In this document: piece by piece, positions 13,712 to 25,533 of the stretch
Numbering within the stretch: the first letter of the stretch is position 1
Layout: the number at the start of each line of letters is the position of its first letter
Source: Eledone cirrhosa
Taxonomy: Eukaryota
NCBI GenBank assembly: GCA_964016885.1
Contig: OZ024748.1
Span: 44,702,001 to 44,766,000, forward strand
Reading direction: 5' to 3'
Length of the DNA: 64,000 nt
Position numbers and translations under genes: made by a program
Notes under the pieces: model-generated
What the model saw: only the letters and a program-made list of their open reading frames with translations
Databases searched by the model: none
Told to the model about the DNA's origin: nothing

Positions 13712-14300
13712 ATAATTGTTTCTACATTTGGCACAAAGTCAACAATTTGAAAGGAAAGTCGATTAACTCAACCCCAGTGCATTACTGGTACTTTATTTTA
13801 TCAACCCCGTAAATATATCGGGTGGATTTGAACTTAGAACGTAAAGGGTCGTAAGGTTTAAGGGTAATAATTGTTTCTATTTTGGGCACAAGACCAGCAA
13901 TTACCCCAGTGTATTACTGGTACTTTATTTTATCGACCCTCGTAAGGATGAAAGGCAAAGTTAACCTCGGCGGGATTTGAACTCAGAATGGCAAGGGCCA
14001 TAACTCTTTGCTTGCAAAGCCTGGCATCAGACCCTCTACCGATACTGCCAATCCACCGCCCTTTTAAGGGTAATAAGGGTTTCTGACTTAGGCACAAGGC
14101 CAACAATTTTTTGGGGAGGAAGGGAAAGTCAATTAAATCGACTTCAAGTGCGTTACTGGTACTTTAGTTTATCGACCCCGTAATGATGAAAGACAAAGCT
14201 AAACTCGGCGGGATTTGAACTCAGAACGTAAAGGGATGTAACCACATATCACAAAGCATATTGTCCGATGCTTTACTGATTGTACTGCCAATCCAATGGG
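13712..14300 (-). mobile_element. Three tandem copies of SINE family B
   Basis: Three successive ttgtttct...ggcacaag...tactggtacttta...gatttgaac(t)cagaa units; B-box-like GAGTTCAAATCC on the minus strand. Confidence 0.85.
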
Positions 14301-14568
14301 AAGAGTTAATAACTACAGTATTGTGTCTTTCCAACTTAACTTTGTTGCTACATAACTTTCTTAATAATGTGTTTTTTAATGGCGTTTGACACAGGTAGAT
14401 TTTCAAATGTGTAAATCCAAAGCCGAGAAGCATTCGGTTTCCTAAATGCCGTCCTTCGGGGAAACGCCTTCTCCATTCTGTCCGCCGGGGCTGTGGGTGG
14501 GCCCTATCGCCCACCGTTGTAGTTGTTGTATACAGATATTATATTACGTTGTAGTAGAAGCTGATAAT

Positions 14569-15628
14569 GTGTAAATTATGTGTTTTTAATGGCGTTTGAC
14601 ACAGGTAGATTTTTAAAGGTGTAAATTATGTGTTTTTTTAATGGCGTTTGACACAGGTAGATTTTTAAAGGTGTAAATTATGTGTTTTTAATGGCGTTTA
14701 ACACAGGTAGATTTTTAATAGTGTAAATTATGTTTTTTAATGACGTTTGACACAGGTAGATTTTCAAAGGTATAAAATATGCGTTTTTAATGGCGTTTGA
14801 CACAGGTAGATTTTTAAATGTGTAAATTTTGTGTTTTTAATGGCGTTTAACACAGGTAGATTTTTAAAGGTGTAAATTATGTGTTTTTAATGGCGTTTAA
14901 CACACGTATATTTTTAATAGTGTAAATTATGTGTTTTTTAATGGCGTTTGACACAGTTAGATTTTCAAAGGTATAAAATATGTGTTTTTAATGGCGTTTG
15001 ACACAGGTAGATTTTTAAATGTGTAAATTTTGTGTTTTTAATGGCGTTTAACACAGGTAGATTTTTAAATGTGTAAATTATGTGTTTTTAATGGCGTTTG
15101 ACACAGGTAGATTTTTAAAGGTGTAAATTATGTGTTTTTAATGGCGTTTAACACACGTATATTTTTAAATGTGTAAATTATGTGTTTTTAATGGCGTTTA
15201 ACACAGGTAGATTTTCAAAGGTGTAAATTATGTGTTTTTTAATGGCGTTTGACTCAGGTAGATTTTCAAAGGTATAAATTATGTGTTTTTAATGGCGTTT
15301 GACACAGGTAGATTTTTAAATGTATAAATTATTTGTTTTAATGGCGTTTGACACAGGTAGACTTTCAAAGGTGTTAATGATGTGTTTTAATGGCGTTTGA
15401 CACAGGTAGACTTTCAAAGGTGTTAATTATGTGTTTTAATGGCGTTTGACACAGGTAGATTTTTAAAGGTGTAAATTATGTGTTTTTTAATGGCGTTTGA
15501 CACAGGTAGATTTTTAAAGGTGTAAATTATGTGTTTTAATTGCGTTTGACACAGGTAGATTTTCAAAGGTGTAAATTATGTTTTTTAATGGCGTTTGACA
15601 CAGCTAGATTTTCAATGGTGTAAATTAT
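14569..15628. repeat. 50-bp minisatellite (~21 units) with one detached unit at 14367-14416
   Basis: Unit gtgtaaattatgtgtttttaatggcgtttgacacaggtagatttttaaag. Confidence 0.97.
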
Positions 15629-16148
15629 TTTCTGGGTTAAGTATCACAAAAAATTTTTTAACTTTTTTTTTGCAATTCATAATTGATATTACCTATCTGC
15701 CTAACTATTGATATTTAATTCTGTCCTTTTTGTAATACTATCTGTCAACTTGCTAGTATTGAGTCTTCATTGGCCTCATTCTCCAGTACACACCAGCTTC
15801 TTTCGCTCAGTTATCCCAGTAACACATAAACTGAGTTTATAGCCCGTCCTTTCAGGTCTGCAGTTATAAGTAAAAAATATTACATTGGAATGACCTTAAG
15901 AGTTAGGTTTTGAGATTCTGATTTAAATATGGTCACATAGACTAAAACAGGTCTACGTAGTTATCCCATAAACACAGGAAACTGATATTTTGTATACCCT
16001 CCTTGTTGGCCAAATAAAAAGTTGACCATTTTCAGGTCTACACATATGCCCCATTTGTGTTCATCAAACCTGAGTAAATCTAATACAGTTTTTATGTTTT
16101 CATGCTTCTCTTTGAAGAAAATTGGTAGTTTTCTGTCATAGAACCAGA

Positions 16149-16240
16149 GATGGTTTGGGATGGTTTGGGACAGTTTGGGATGGTTTGGGGCGGATTGGGA
16201 CGGTTTGGAACGGATTGGGATGGTTTGGGCCGGATTGGGT
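16149..16240. repeat. 10-bp tandem repeat (gatggtttgg-like, ~9 units)
   Basis: Direct inspection. Confidence 0.9.
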
Positions 16241-16340
16241 TCAAAGGGTTAACCTAATATAGGTGAATTTACCTTAAGATTAACTGAGAAAAATTTAAAT
16301 TAGGTAAAATGAATGCGGAAAGAGAAGGAAGAAAAGAAAA

Positions 16341-16455
<115 letters not shown>

Positions 16456-16911
16456 AAACTATTCTTTTTTCGAGCTTCCACTATAATTATAAATAAAGGA
16501 TTAATTTTTATGGGCTGAGCCGAAAAAAAAAAGAAAATTTAATCTTTTATTTATAATTAGTTTGGAAGCTCGAAATAAAAATAAAAATTAATATATATAA
16601 AGAGAGAGAGAGGGGTGGGGTGGGGGGGAGTATTAAAAATGAGGGTCTGAAAGTATTTTAAAAGCCACTTTGATTTGGGGTCGGATTATAGAAAGAAGTA
16701 ATTGAAATTTCTCTATCTCTATCTATCTATTTATATACACACACATATATATGTATATATATAACTAACATTTGTTATAATAGGAAAACAAACTTAACGT
16801 TTTGGATGTTAGTCCTTCGTCGGAAGATAGAATAAAGAAAAAAGCTGAGAATAAGAAAAGGAAGAACGGTAGATAAATAAAACAAGAGCAAAGTATCCGT
16901 GTTTAGTCAAC

Positions 16912-17015
<104 letters not shown>

Positions 17016-17059
17016 CAATGATATTAAATAAATGGAAACTATATTTATAAAACCATATT

Positions 17060-17120
17060 TATTCTATTATATATATTTCAAGGGTACCAAAACTTTGGTA
17101 CGCTCTCATCAGATAAAATA
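17060..17120 (-). ncRNA. Type I hammerhead ribozyme motif in a short Penelope-type terminal fragment (17015-17195)
   Basis: Minus strand reads tattttat-CTGATGA-gagcgtacca aagttt tggtaccctt-GAAA-T ATAT ATA-atagaata; stems I and II pair, loop III is palindromic, cleavage triplet AUA. Confidence 0.8.
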
Positions 17121-17255
17121 CAAAGTTTGTTTTATAAATTTTGACATAACCAAGACAAAATACCTTAACGGTTCAAGTTTTTCCTGGATTTTGCTTATAT
17201 ATATATATATATATATATATATTCTTCTATATCACCCATACTCCTGAACAAAGCC

Positions 17256-18267
17256 TTGATATTTGCCAAAAATAGATCAAACTTAACTATGGATGACATT
17301 AATATTATCATGCACGCTAAACAAACACTACTGGAATTTCAGAAGGAACACTTCGACATTACTATGGGCTCTAGTGATTCTGCCCAAATTACCGATCTTG
17401 TGGGCTTCTTTCTTCTATTTAACATTAATTCATCTTTTCCCCACCTTAAAGGTGGTTTATATCGTGATGACTGTCTTCTTCTTTCCACTAATCTTAGCCT
17501 ATCAGAAATTGAAAAAAATAAAAAAACTTATTAGAACTTTCTTCAAAGACTATTACAATCTCACCATTACATTTGAAAACACCAGTAAAATAGTCAATTT
17601 CCTAGATATAACTTTAGACTTAACTACGGGTATCTACCAACCTTACCATAAACCTAACCAAAACTTACATTACATACACTCACAATCCCCTCACCCTAGA
17701 TCTATCCTTAAAAACCTAGCATATAATATCTTACTCAGAATCTCGAAACTTTCATCTAACCAGGATGTATTCGATAAAAACGCGCCCTTTTATAACGAAG
17801 CTTTAGCTAGAAGCAGCCACAAAAACAAATTAGTCTATATACCTTGCACCAATAATACTTCAAACATACAACCCAATATTACCAACAAACACCAAATGAA
17901 AAAGCTACACCTAAATGCCACTCATACTACACCCAAAAATACCAACATAAAACTTAATTTCTCTACCTCTTCTCACATAAAATATAATGACTTTCAAAAA
18001 ACCATTCATCCTAATACTCCAATATATGTTAACAACATTACTAACAAAATTCCTAATAATCAGACTAAAACACCTAAATCAGTTAATCTAACTAAACCTA
18101 TATATAATAAATTCACTAATAGTAACTCTCTTAGTAAACATCCTGATACATCGTATAAATATAAAAAAAACAATATCGAAACCGTAATAGACGGGTTACT
18201 TGGTATAATGCTCCATTTAATCTACAGATTAACTTCCCGCCAAACCATTAATACCATCAAATTTTAA
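17256..18267 (+). pseudogene. Penelope-like reverse transcriptase and thumb (frameshifts near 17520 and 18170)
   Basis: ORFs 17256-17534 (YRDD) and 17293-18267 join across a frameshift in an A-run; RRVTWYNAPF appears in another frame near 18187. Confidence 0.9.
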
Positions 18268-18458
18268 ATAGATCAACTGTCAAATTTTCCTACTCCACAA
18301 CAAAATATACAACAAATATAAGTGCGTACAACGCATATAAATGTAAAAAAAACACAAATATACCACCAACACATCAAACCAACCATAATACTAAAATAAA
18401 CCGCAACAAACCACCATCTCCTTCACCTATAACAAGTCGAGTAAATTCCACACCAAAT

Positions 18459-18911
18459 TTGACTAACTCCCCTGATATAATATTCACGAGTGGTTGTAAC
18501 TGTAGAATCAAAAGAAATTGCCCATTAAAGAGAAATTGTCTTATTAATAACATAGTCTATAAATGTAAAATTAGCACTAAGGACTCCACTTATTCATATA
18601 TAGGAGCTACATCTAACCAATTTAAAGTAAGATTTAATACCTACAAACATAGTTTTAAAAATGCCGCATTAGCTAATACAACATCCTTGGCTGAAACAAT
18701 TAATAATTATAGAAAAAAGAATATCGATTACAACCTGACCTGGAGTGTGCTCAAAAGGGCCACCCCTTATCAAAATAACAGATACGAATGTAGATTATGC
18801 TCCCAGGAACTTTTTGAAATCATGAAATCTAAGGATATCAAGCGACAGGAATTAATTATATCATGCAATCATAGAATTAGAAGAACCTTCAAATATTATA
18901 AACCTAATTAA
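18459..18911 (+). pseudogene. GIY-YIG endonuclease domain of the Penelope-like element
   Basis: CNCR..CPL..C, IVY..YIG.T..FKVRF..K.SF, CRLC..E motifs. Confidence 0.92.
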
Positions 18912-19612
18912 TAAACCTAATTAATAAACCTTACACTTATATTTTACATATTATTATAATTGTTTTTTTAATTTAGTTAACTTATAATTAGTAATTTACT
19001 ACAGAGAACTTCATAATTTTATTTCCTTCTTGCAGCTCTCTTTTCCTAAAATTAATACCTAAAAGTATACCTATAAATTAATTTAATTTCCTGTTATGAA
19101 TCTAGATTCCTTGTAATTTATATAAGATTGGTATTTCTCACTACTACCCTTATCCCAAAATTTTACTTTCTTCGTTTTTAACAACACTCTTTAATAACAT
19201 CTAATTCTTATTTATGACATTCATATGAATTAATATAAATTTATCCCTATAAGTATACCTATCAATTAATTTAATTTCTTGTTATAGATCTAGATTCCTT
19301 GTGGTTTAAATAAGATTGGTACTCCTCACTCCTACCCTTACCCTAACATTTTATTTTCCTTCGTTTTTAACATTATTCTTTAATAACATCAAATTTTCGT
19401 GTACCTTTCACTGGCTTGACCTCTTTTCATCCCCAAAGTTTTCTGTTCATTCAAAACATAAGTCTGCACTCCTCTACCCCTAAATTACATTTCTACTACT
19501 ACTATTCTATCAACTTGACCTCTAACTACTTTTCTATTGGTCAATTCAAAACCTGTTCCCAAACAGACCTTTTATATTAAATCTTTGTTGTTTTTTTTTC
19601 AATAAACAAATC

Positions 19613-19748
19613 TCATCATTTCTGAAGACAGCATGTATATGTGAAGGTATGTATATTTCCTCAGATAGTTTGTAATATTTTTACATAGATCTATATGATA
19701 TACATACCAACACACATATACATCCTAGAAACGATCGTAAAATGATGA
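19613..19748 (+). ncRNA. Type I hammerhead ribozyme with extended stem II at the 3' end of the Penelope-like element
   Basis: tcatcattt-CTGAAGA(19622)-long stem II (atgtatatgtg/cacatatacat; ggtatgtatat/atatacatacc)-GAAA(19728)-C GATC GTA-aaatgatga; perfect 9-bp stem I, palindromic loop III, GUA site at 19737-19739. Confidence 0.88.
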
Positions 19749-19800
19749 ATTTTTTAATATAAGGAATTTGTTCTTTGTTTTTATTTCATTGTTTTTATTA

Positions 19801-19859
<59 letters not shown>

Positions 19860-19863
<4 letters not shown>

Positions 19864-19990
19864 GAAAAATTGAACAGGGACAGAACAGAGAGGCAGTACG
19901 ACAAATGTTTATTAAATTCACGCTCAGGAGAGTGGGGGGTAGGTGGAGGACGACGTTTCGGGCATAAGCCCTTCTTCAGGTGAGAGTTCA
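19860..19990 (-). mobile_element. Probable Penelope-type 3' terminus with hammerhead core
   Basis: Minus strand CTGAAGA-a-gggc ttat gccc-GAAA-cgtcGTC, followed by AATAAA and (TA)n; stem I pairing is not evident. Confidence 0.6.
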
Positions 19991-21084
19991 AAAGGTGTGT
20001 AGGGGAGTGGTGGAGAGACATATAGCGAAAGGAAACGGTGCGAATGAAAAATTAACAAATAAAGACAAAAATATAATAAATAATAAATAAAAATAAAGCA
20101 TGATCAAAATACAAGGAATGAGAACATTTAAAAATAAAGGCATGATCAAAATAAACTGAAATTAAAAGGGGGGTAAACAGGTGGTGGAAGGGTGTGGGGT
20201 GAGTAGAGGTGGAGGCGGGTGGAGTGGGGAGAGGGAGACGGGGTGTCCGAGCGGGGAGGGCTGAAGGTGGTGTGTGTGGTTAGGTGTGCGTGTGTGTGTG
20301 TGTGTATGTGAAGGTGAGGGTTGGGGGAAGAACGGGGTTGCATGTTCAGGAAGGTGTGTGTGGGGGGTGTTTTTGTGTGTCGGAGGGTCTGTGCGTGTGT
20401 GGATAGGGGGGTGGGGGGAGAGGAATCAGGGGGATGAGGGTGTAAATATGTGGTGGGAAGCACGTGTGTGTGGTTTAAGCGTGTTGTGGGTGTGGGTGGC
20501 GTGTGGATAAAAAAATGTTTTGGGATGTGTGTGTGGGTGAGTTATATAGGTGATGGTGTTAGAGGATGGTTGAAAGTGGTAAGTTACACGGATGTATGGA
20601 GATTTTGGTTGGAAGTCGAACGCGTGTGGGTAATCCAAGAAGCGGTGGTCGGAAGAGGAGAGATGTGGGGTGCGCGCGCAACAGGAAGTGGTCAGCAGTG
20701 GAAGTGCTGTGGTCAGTTGGTGCTGAGACAGTGGTCGGAAGGGCATAGCAGCAGTCAGCGGAATGGTAGGGAGGCGAGGATGGGTAGGTGTGAGAGTTGG
20801 AGTGAGGAGGGTGTGTGTGTGTGTGCGTGTGTGTGTGTGTGTGTGTGTATTAGTAGGGGTGTTAGTGGGATGAGTGAGTGTGGAGTGGGTATCAATGATA
20901 TTATTATAATACTTACAACCTGTTGTAATATAATAAGATAAAATGTACTTACAACCATAATTCTTCATATAATCTAATTGTCATGATTTAGCTAAATATT
21001 TTTTAAATTCTGGATTGATATTCCACCACTTCAACAAACTTTTAATTTTGAACGTTTCAATTTTTTAAATTCACGTACACTGTA

Positions 21085-21197
21085 ATAATTGTTTCTACTT
21101 TAGGCACAAGGCCAGCAATTACCCAGTGAATTACTGGTACTTTATTTTATCGACCCCGTAAGGATGAAAGGCAAAGTTAACCTCGGTGGGATTTGAA
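21085..21197 (-). mobile_element. SINE family B, 3' part
   Basis: Matches the other copies. Confidence 0.85.
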
Positions 21198-21204
21198 ATA
21201 TAAA

Positions 21205-21254
<50 letters not shown>

Positions 21255-21294
21255 GATATTAAATAAATGGAAACTATATTTATAAAACCATATT

Positions 21295-21369
21295 TATTTC
21301 ATTATACATATTTCAGGGATACCAAATTAAAATATGGTATGCCTTCATCAGACAAAATACAATATATAA
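21295..21369 (-). ncRNA. Type I hammerhead motif inside a fold-back element (21251-21602)
   Basis: Minus strand tattttgt-CTGATGA-aggcatacca...tggtatccct-GAAA-T ATGT ATA-atgaaata; arms 21251-21311 and 21454-21514 are inverted repeats. Confidence 0.72.
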
Positions 21370-21598
21370 ACAGTTTTATAAATAATTTTGACGTACCCTA
21401 TTAGAAGCGACCATTACTTTTGGAAGCTGTCTGGATAGTATAATGTCTGATAGATATGTATAATGAAATAAATATGGTTTTATAAATATAGTTTCCATTT
21501 ATTTAATATCGTATATCTACTCCAAAAACTTGTCGAGTGCTTTATATCAATTATAAAATATTTACTTGTTGTATCCCAACAATTTTAAATAAAACTTT

Positions 21599-21663
<65 letters not shown>

Positions 21664-21878
21664 TAATAATTATTTAAATCTACCTAACGTCTAAAAATAA
21701 CGATTTTTTCAGCCCTACTCTTCAACTTCATTTGCATATTCATCAAAATAATTTGAAATATTTTATATTTCCTTTCTTCCCCTTTTCCCCTTTTCTCTCT
21801 TTCCTTTCACTATCCAGGCAAACTTGAACCGTTAAGGTATCATTCCTGGGTATGTCAATATTTATAAAACAAACTTTG

Positions 21879-21939
21879 TATTTTATCTGATGAGAGTGTA
21901 CCAAAGTTTTGGTACCCTTGAAATATATATAATAGAATA
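21879..21939 (+). ncRNA. Type I hammerhead motif, same family as 17060
   Basis: tattttat-CTGATGA(21887)-gagtgtacca aagttt tggtaccctt-GAAA(21920)-T ATAT ATA-atagaata. Confidence 0.8.
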
Positions 21940-22118
21940 AATATAGTTTTAAATATAGTTTTAAATATAGTTTTAAATATAGTTTTAAATATAGTTTTAA
22001 AAATATAGTTTCCATTTATTAATATCATTGATATTATACTCCAGAAAACTTGTCGAGTGCTTCGAATCTGTTATAAATATATTTGTTGAATTACCAACAA
22101 ATTAAATATCCCTTTGCT

Positions 22119-22211
<93 letters not shown>

Positions 22212-22215
<4 letters not shown>

Positions 22216-22317
22216 GTTTCTACTTTAGGCACAAGGCCAGCAATTACCCAGTACATTACTGGTACTTTATTTTATCGACCCCATAAGGATGAAAGGCAAA
22301 GTTAACCTCGGCGGGAT
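22212..22317 (-). mobile_element. SINE family B, 3' part
   Basis: Matches the other copies. Confidence 0.85.
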
Positions 22318-22323
22318 ATATAT

Positions 22324-22512
22324 AATAGGAACCAGTAAGACCCCGACAGCTGAGCTCAAGCCGTTTCGACGGCTAATTCCAGAATTAGCCGTCGAAACGG
22401 CTTCAGCTCAGCTGTCGGGGTCTTACTGGTTCCTATTACCCACTCTACTACCTCAAGTATTGAGTACTTTGGTGCGTTATGGTCCACCTGGTTCCTTACC
22501 ACATTTCCTTCG

Positions 22513-22516
<4 letters not shown>
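22324..22516 (+). mobile_element. Short fold-back element in (TA)n: ~110-bp hairpin plus unique 3' tail
   Basis: Hairpin 22324-22437; second copy at 23817-24011; fragment at 48515-48550. Confidence 0.85.
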
Positions 22517-22549
<33 letters not shown>

Positions 22550-22624
22550 AAGTAAAAGCGAAGTAGTTTCAGAACAGTGTGGCCAGTGTCGTCATTGAAA
22601 TATATATCACAGCATTATTATTAA

Positions 22625-22772
22625 AGGACTTTACGATCCCTCCCTTTACGATCTGAGTTCAAATCCCGCCGAGGTTGACTTTGCCTTTCATCCTTACGGG
22701 GTCGATAAAATAAAGTACCAGTAATGCACTGGGTAATTGCTGGCCTTGTGCCAAAAGTAGAAACAGTTATTA
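22625..22772 (+). mobile_element. SINE family B inserted between short inverted arms
   Basis: B box gagttcaaatcc; ttattaaaggactt duplicated on both sides (possible TSD); flanking arms 22546-22573 and 22789-22816 are reverse complements. Confidence 0.85.
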
Positions 22773-22901
22773 TTAAAGGACTTGAACATCTGAAACTACT
22801 TCGCTTTTACTTATTCGATATTTACTCCGTCACTCCTATGTGGAAAAAGTACGTTGAGTGCTTGAATTGAATTGCATCAATATTTACCCTAATATATATA
22901 T

Positions 22902-22935
<34 letters not shown>

Positions 22936-22940
22936 ATATG

Positions 22941-22991
<51 letters not shown>

Positions 22992-23249
22992 ATATGTGTG
23001 TGTATGTGCGTGTATATGTGTGATTGTATGCGTGTGTATATATGTATGTATAGGTGTGCGTATGTGTATATATGTGTGTGTGATTGTATGTGTGTGTATG
23101 CGTGTGTATATATATATGCATGTATATGTGTGTGTATGTGCATATGTGTATATATATATATATGTATATGTGTGTATGCGTGGCATACCACCCAGACTTT
23201 TCACATGTATGTTGTCTTTTGTACTTTAAACTTATATACATAATATATA

Positions 23250-23342
<93 letters not shown>

Positions 23343-23432
23343 ACACGCACACACACATATATGTATGTATGTAGTTATATATGTTTATTTGTATGGAGTA
23401 TGCATGCATATATACAGGTGTGTGTATGCGCA

Positions 23433-23473
<41 letters not shown>

Positions 23474-23748
23474 CAAGCAGACATATATATACACGCATAT
23501 CATGTAACGGATCACGCCACGCAGAGAACACACCCCTCTCTCTCTCCTCACAAACACACACTCTCTCTCTTCGTCTCTCTCTCTTTCTCCCACTCTCTTC
23601 TCTCTCTCTCCCTCACACATAGACACAGCACTCAGACGTTTTATCAAAGGCATGTGTGTATATGTATATTTGTGAGTGTGTTTGTGTGTGTACGTGGATA
23701 TATATATGTGTGTGTCTGTGTGTATGTGGAAGCGTGATAATTTAGTAG

Positions 23749-23816
<68 letters not shown>

Positions 23817-23820
<4 letters not shown>

Positions 23821-24008
23821 AACGAGTAGGACCCCGACGGCTGAGCTCAAGCCGTTTCGACGGATAATTCTGAACCAGAATTAGCCGTCGAAACGGCTTG
23901 AGCTCAGCCGTCGGGGTCCTACTCGTTCCTATTACCCACTCTACTACCCTAAGTATTGAGTACTTTGGTGCGTTATGGTCCACCTGGTTCCTTACCACAT
24001 TTCCTTCG

Positions 24009-24011
<3 letters not shown>
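23817..24011 (+). mobile_element. Second copy of the fold-back element at 22324
   Basis: Hairpin 23817-23932 and near-identical tail. Confidence 0.85.
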
Positions 24012-24078
<67 letters not shown>

Positions 24079-24339
24079 CAACACATATTTACACACAAAT
24101 ATTTACATACACACACATATATATTTACATACACGCACATATATCCACACACACCTACACACACACATACACACACTTTCACACTCCTACACTCACACAC
24201 ACATATCCACACATACACACACACACTCTCTCTCTCTTTCTCTTTCACACACACACACACACAGACACACACACCTACACGCACTCTCCATCACACGCAC
24301 ACAAACACATATATAAACACATATCTATGCACACACATC

Positions 24340-24382
<43 letters not shown>

Positions 24383-24549
24383 ACACACAAACACAGGCGC
24401 ACATATCCACACACACACACATACACACCGACACACACCTACACACACACACCCCTACACACAGTAAGGAAATGCCGTAAAGATATTTCACTGTTCTCAT
24501 TTTTCACCTTGACTTTTTCAAACGTTTGTAACAATGGTTTAACTAACAA

Positions 24550-25533
24550 TGGCGGTGGTGGTGGTGGTGATGGTGGTGATGGTGGTGGTGGTGGTGGTAG
24601 TGGTGGTGGTGGTGGTGGTGGTGGTGGTGGTGGTGGTGGTGGTGGTGGTGGTGATGGTGGTGATGGTGGTGGTGGTGGTGGTAGTGGTGGTGGTGGTGGT
24701 GGTGGTGGTGGTGATGGTGGTGGTAGTGGTTGTGGTGGTAGTGGTGGTGGTGGTGGTTGTGGTGGTGGTGGTGGTGGTGGTGATGGTGGTGGTGGTGGTG
24801 GTGGTGGTGGTAGTGATGGTGGTGGTGGTGGTGGTGGTAGTGGTGGTGGTGGTAGTGGTGGTGGTGGTGGTGGTGGTGATGGTGGTGGTGGTGGTGGTGG
24901 TAGTGGTGATGGTGGTGGTGGTGGTGGTGGTGGTTGTGGTGGTGATGGTGATGGTGGTGGTGATGATGGTGGTGGTGGTGGTGTTGATGGTGATGGTGGT
25001 GGTGGTGATGGTGGTGGAGATTGTGGTGGTGGTGGTGGTGGTGATGGTGGTGGTGGTGGTAGTGTAGTGGTGGTAGTGTTGTGGTGGTAGTGTTGCGGTG
25101 GTAGTGTTGTGGTGGTAGTGTAGTGGTGGTAGTGGTGGTAGTGGTGGTGGTAGTGGTGGTGATGGTGGTGGTGATTGTGGTGGTGGTGGTGGTGATGGTG
25201 GTGGTGATGGTGCTGGTGGTGGTGGTGGTAGTGTAGTAGTGGTAGTGTTGTGGTGTTAGTATTGTGGTGGTAGTGTAGTGGTGGTAGTGGTGGTGATGGT
25301 GGTAGTGGTGGTGATGGTGGGGGTGGGGGTGATGATGGTGGTGGTGGTGGTAGTGTAGTGGTGGTAGCGTAGTGGTGGTAGTGTTGTGGTGGTGGTGGTA
25401 GCGGTGGTAGTGTAGTAGGGTGGTGGTAGTGGTGGTAGTGGTGTGGTAGTGGTGGTGGTGTAGTGGTGGTAGTGGTGGTGGTAGTGGTGCTGGTAGTGGT
25501 GTGGTAGTGTGGTAGTGTGGTAGTGTGGTGGTG
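24550..25533. repeat. Degenerate (GGT)n/(GAT)/(AGT) trinucleotide tract
   Basis: Direct inspection; the poly-Gly/poly-Val ORFs are artefacts. Confidence 0.95.

Larger units (their letters stand above)
17221..19802 (+). mobile_element. Penelope-like retroelement, 5'-truncated and frameshifted
   Basis: RT motifs FDITMGS..AQITDLVG, GLYRDD, VNFLDITLDL, PYHKPN; C-terminal GIY-YIG; 3' UTR ending in a hammerhead; both ends in (TA)n. Confidence 0.93.

Noticed and set aside
24509-25090. Glycine-rich protein ORF (also the poly-Val, poly-Thr and poly-Pro ORFs at 32472-33279 and 42417-43054)
   Set aside because: Translations of trinucleotide microsatellites that are open in several frames, with no splice or codon evidence
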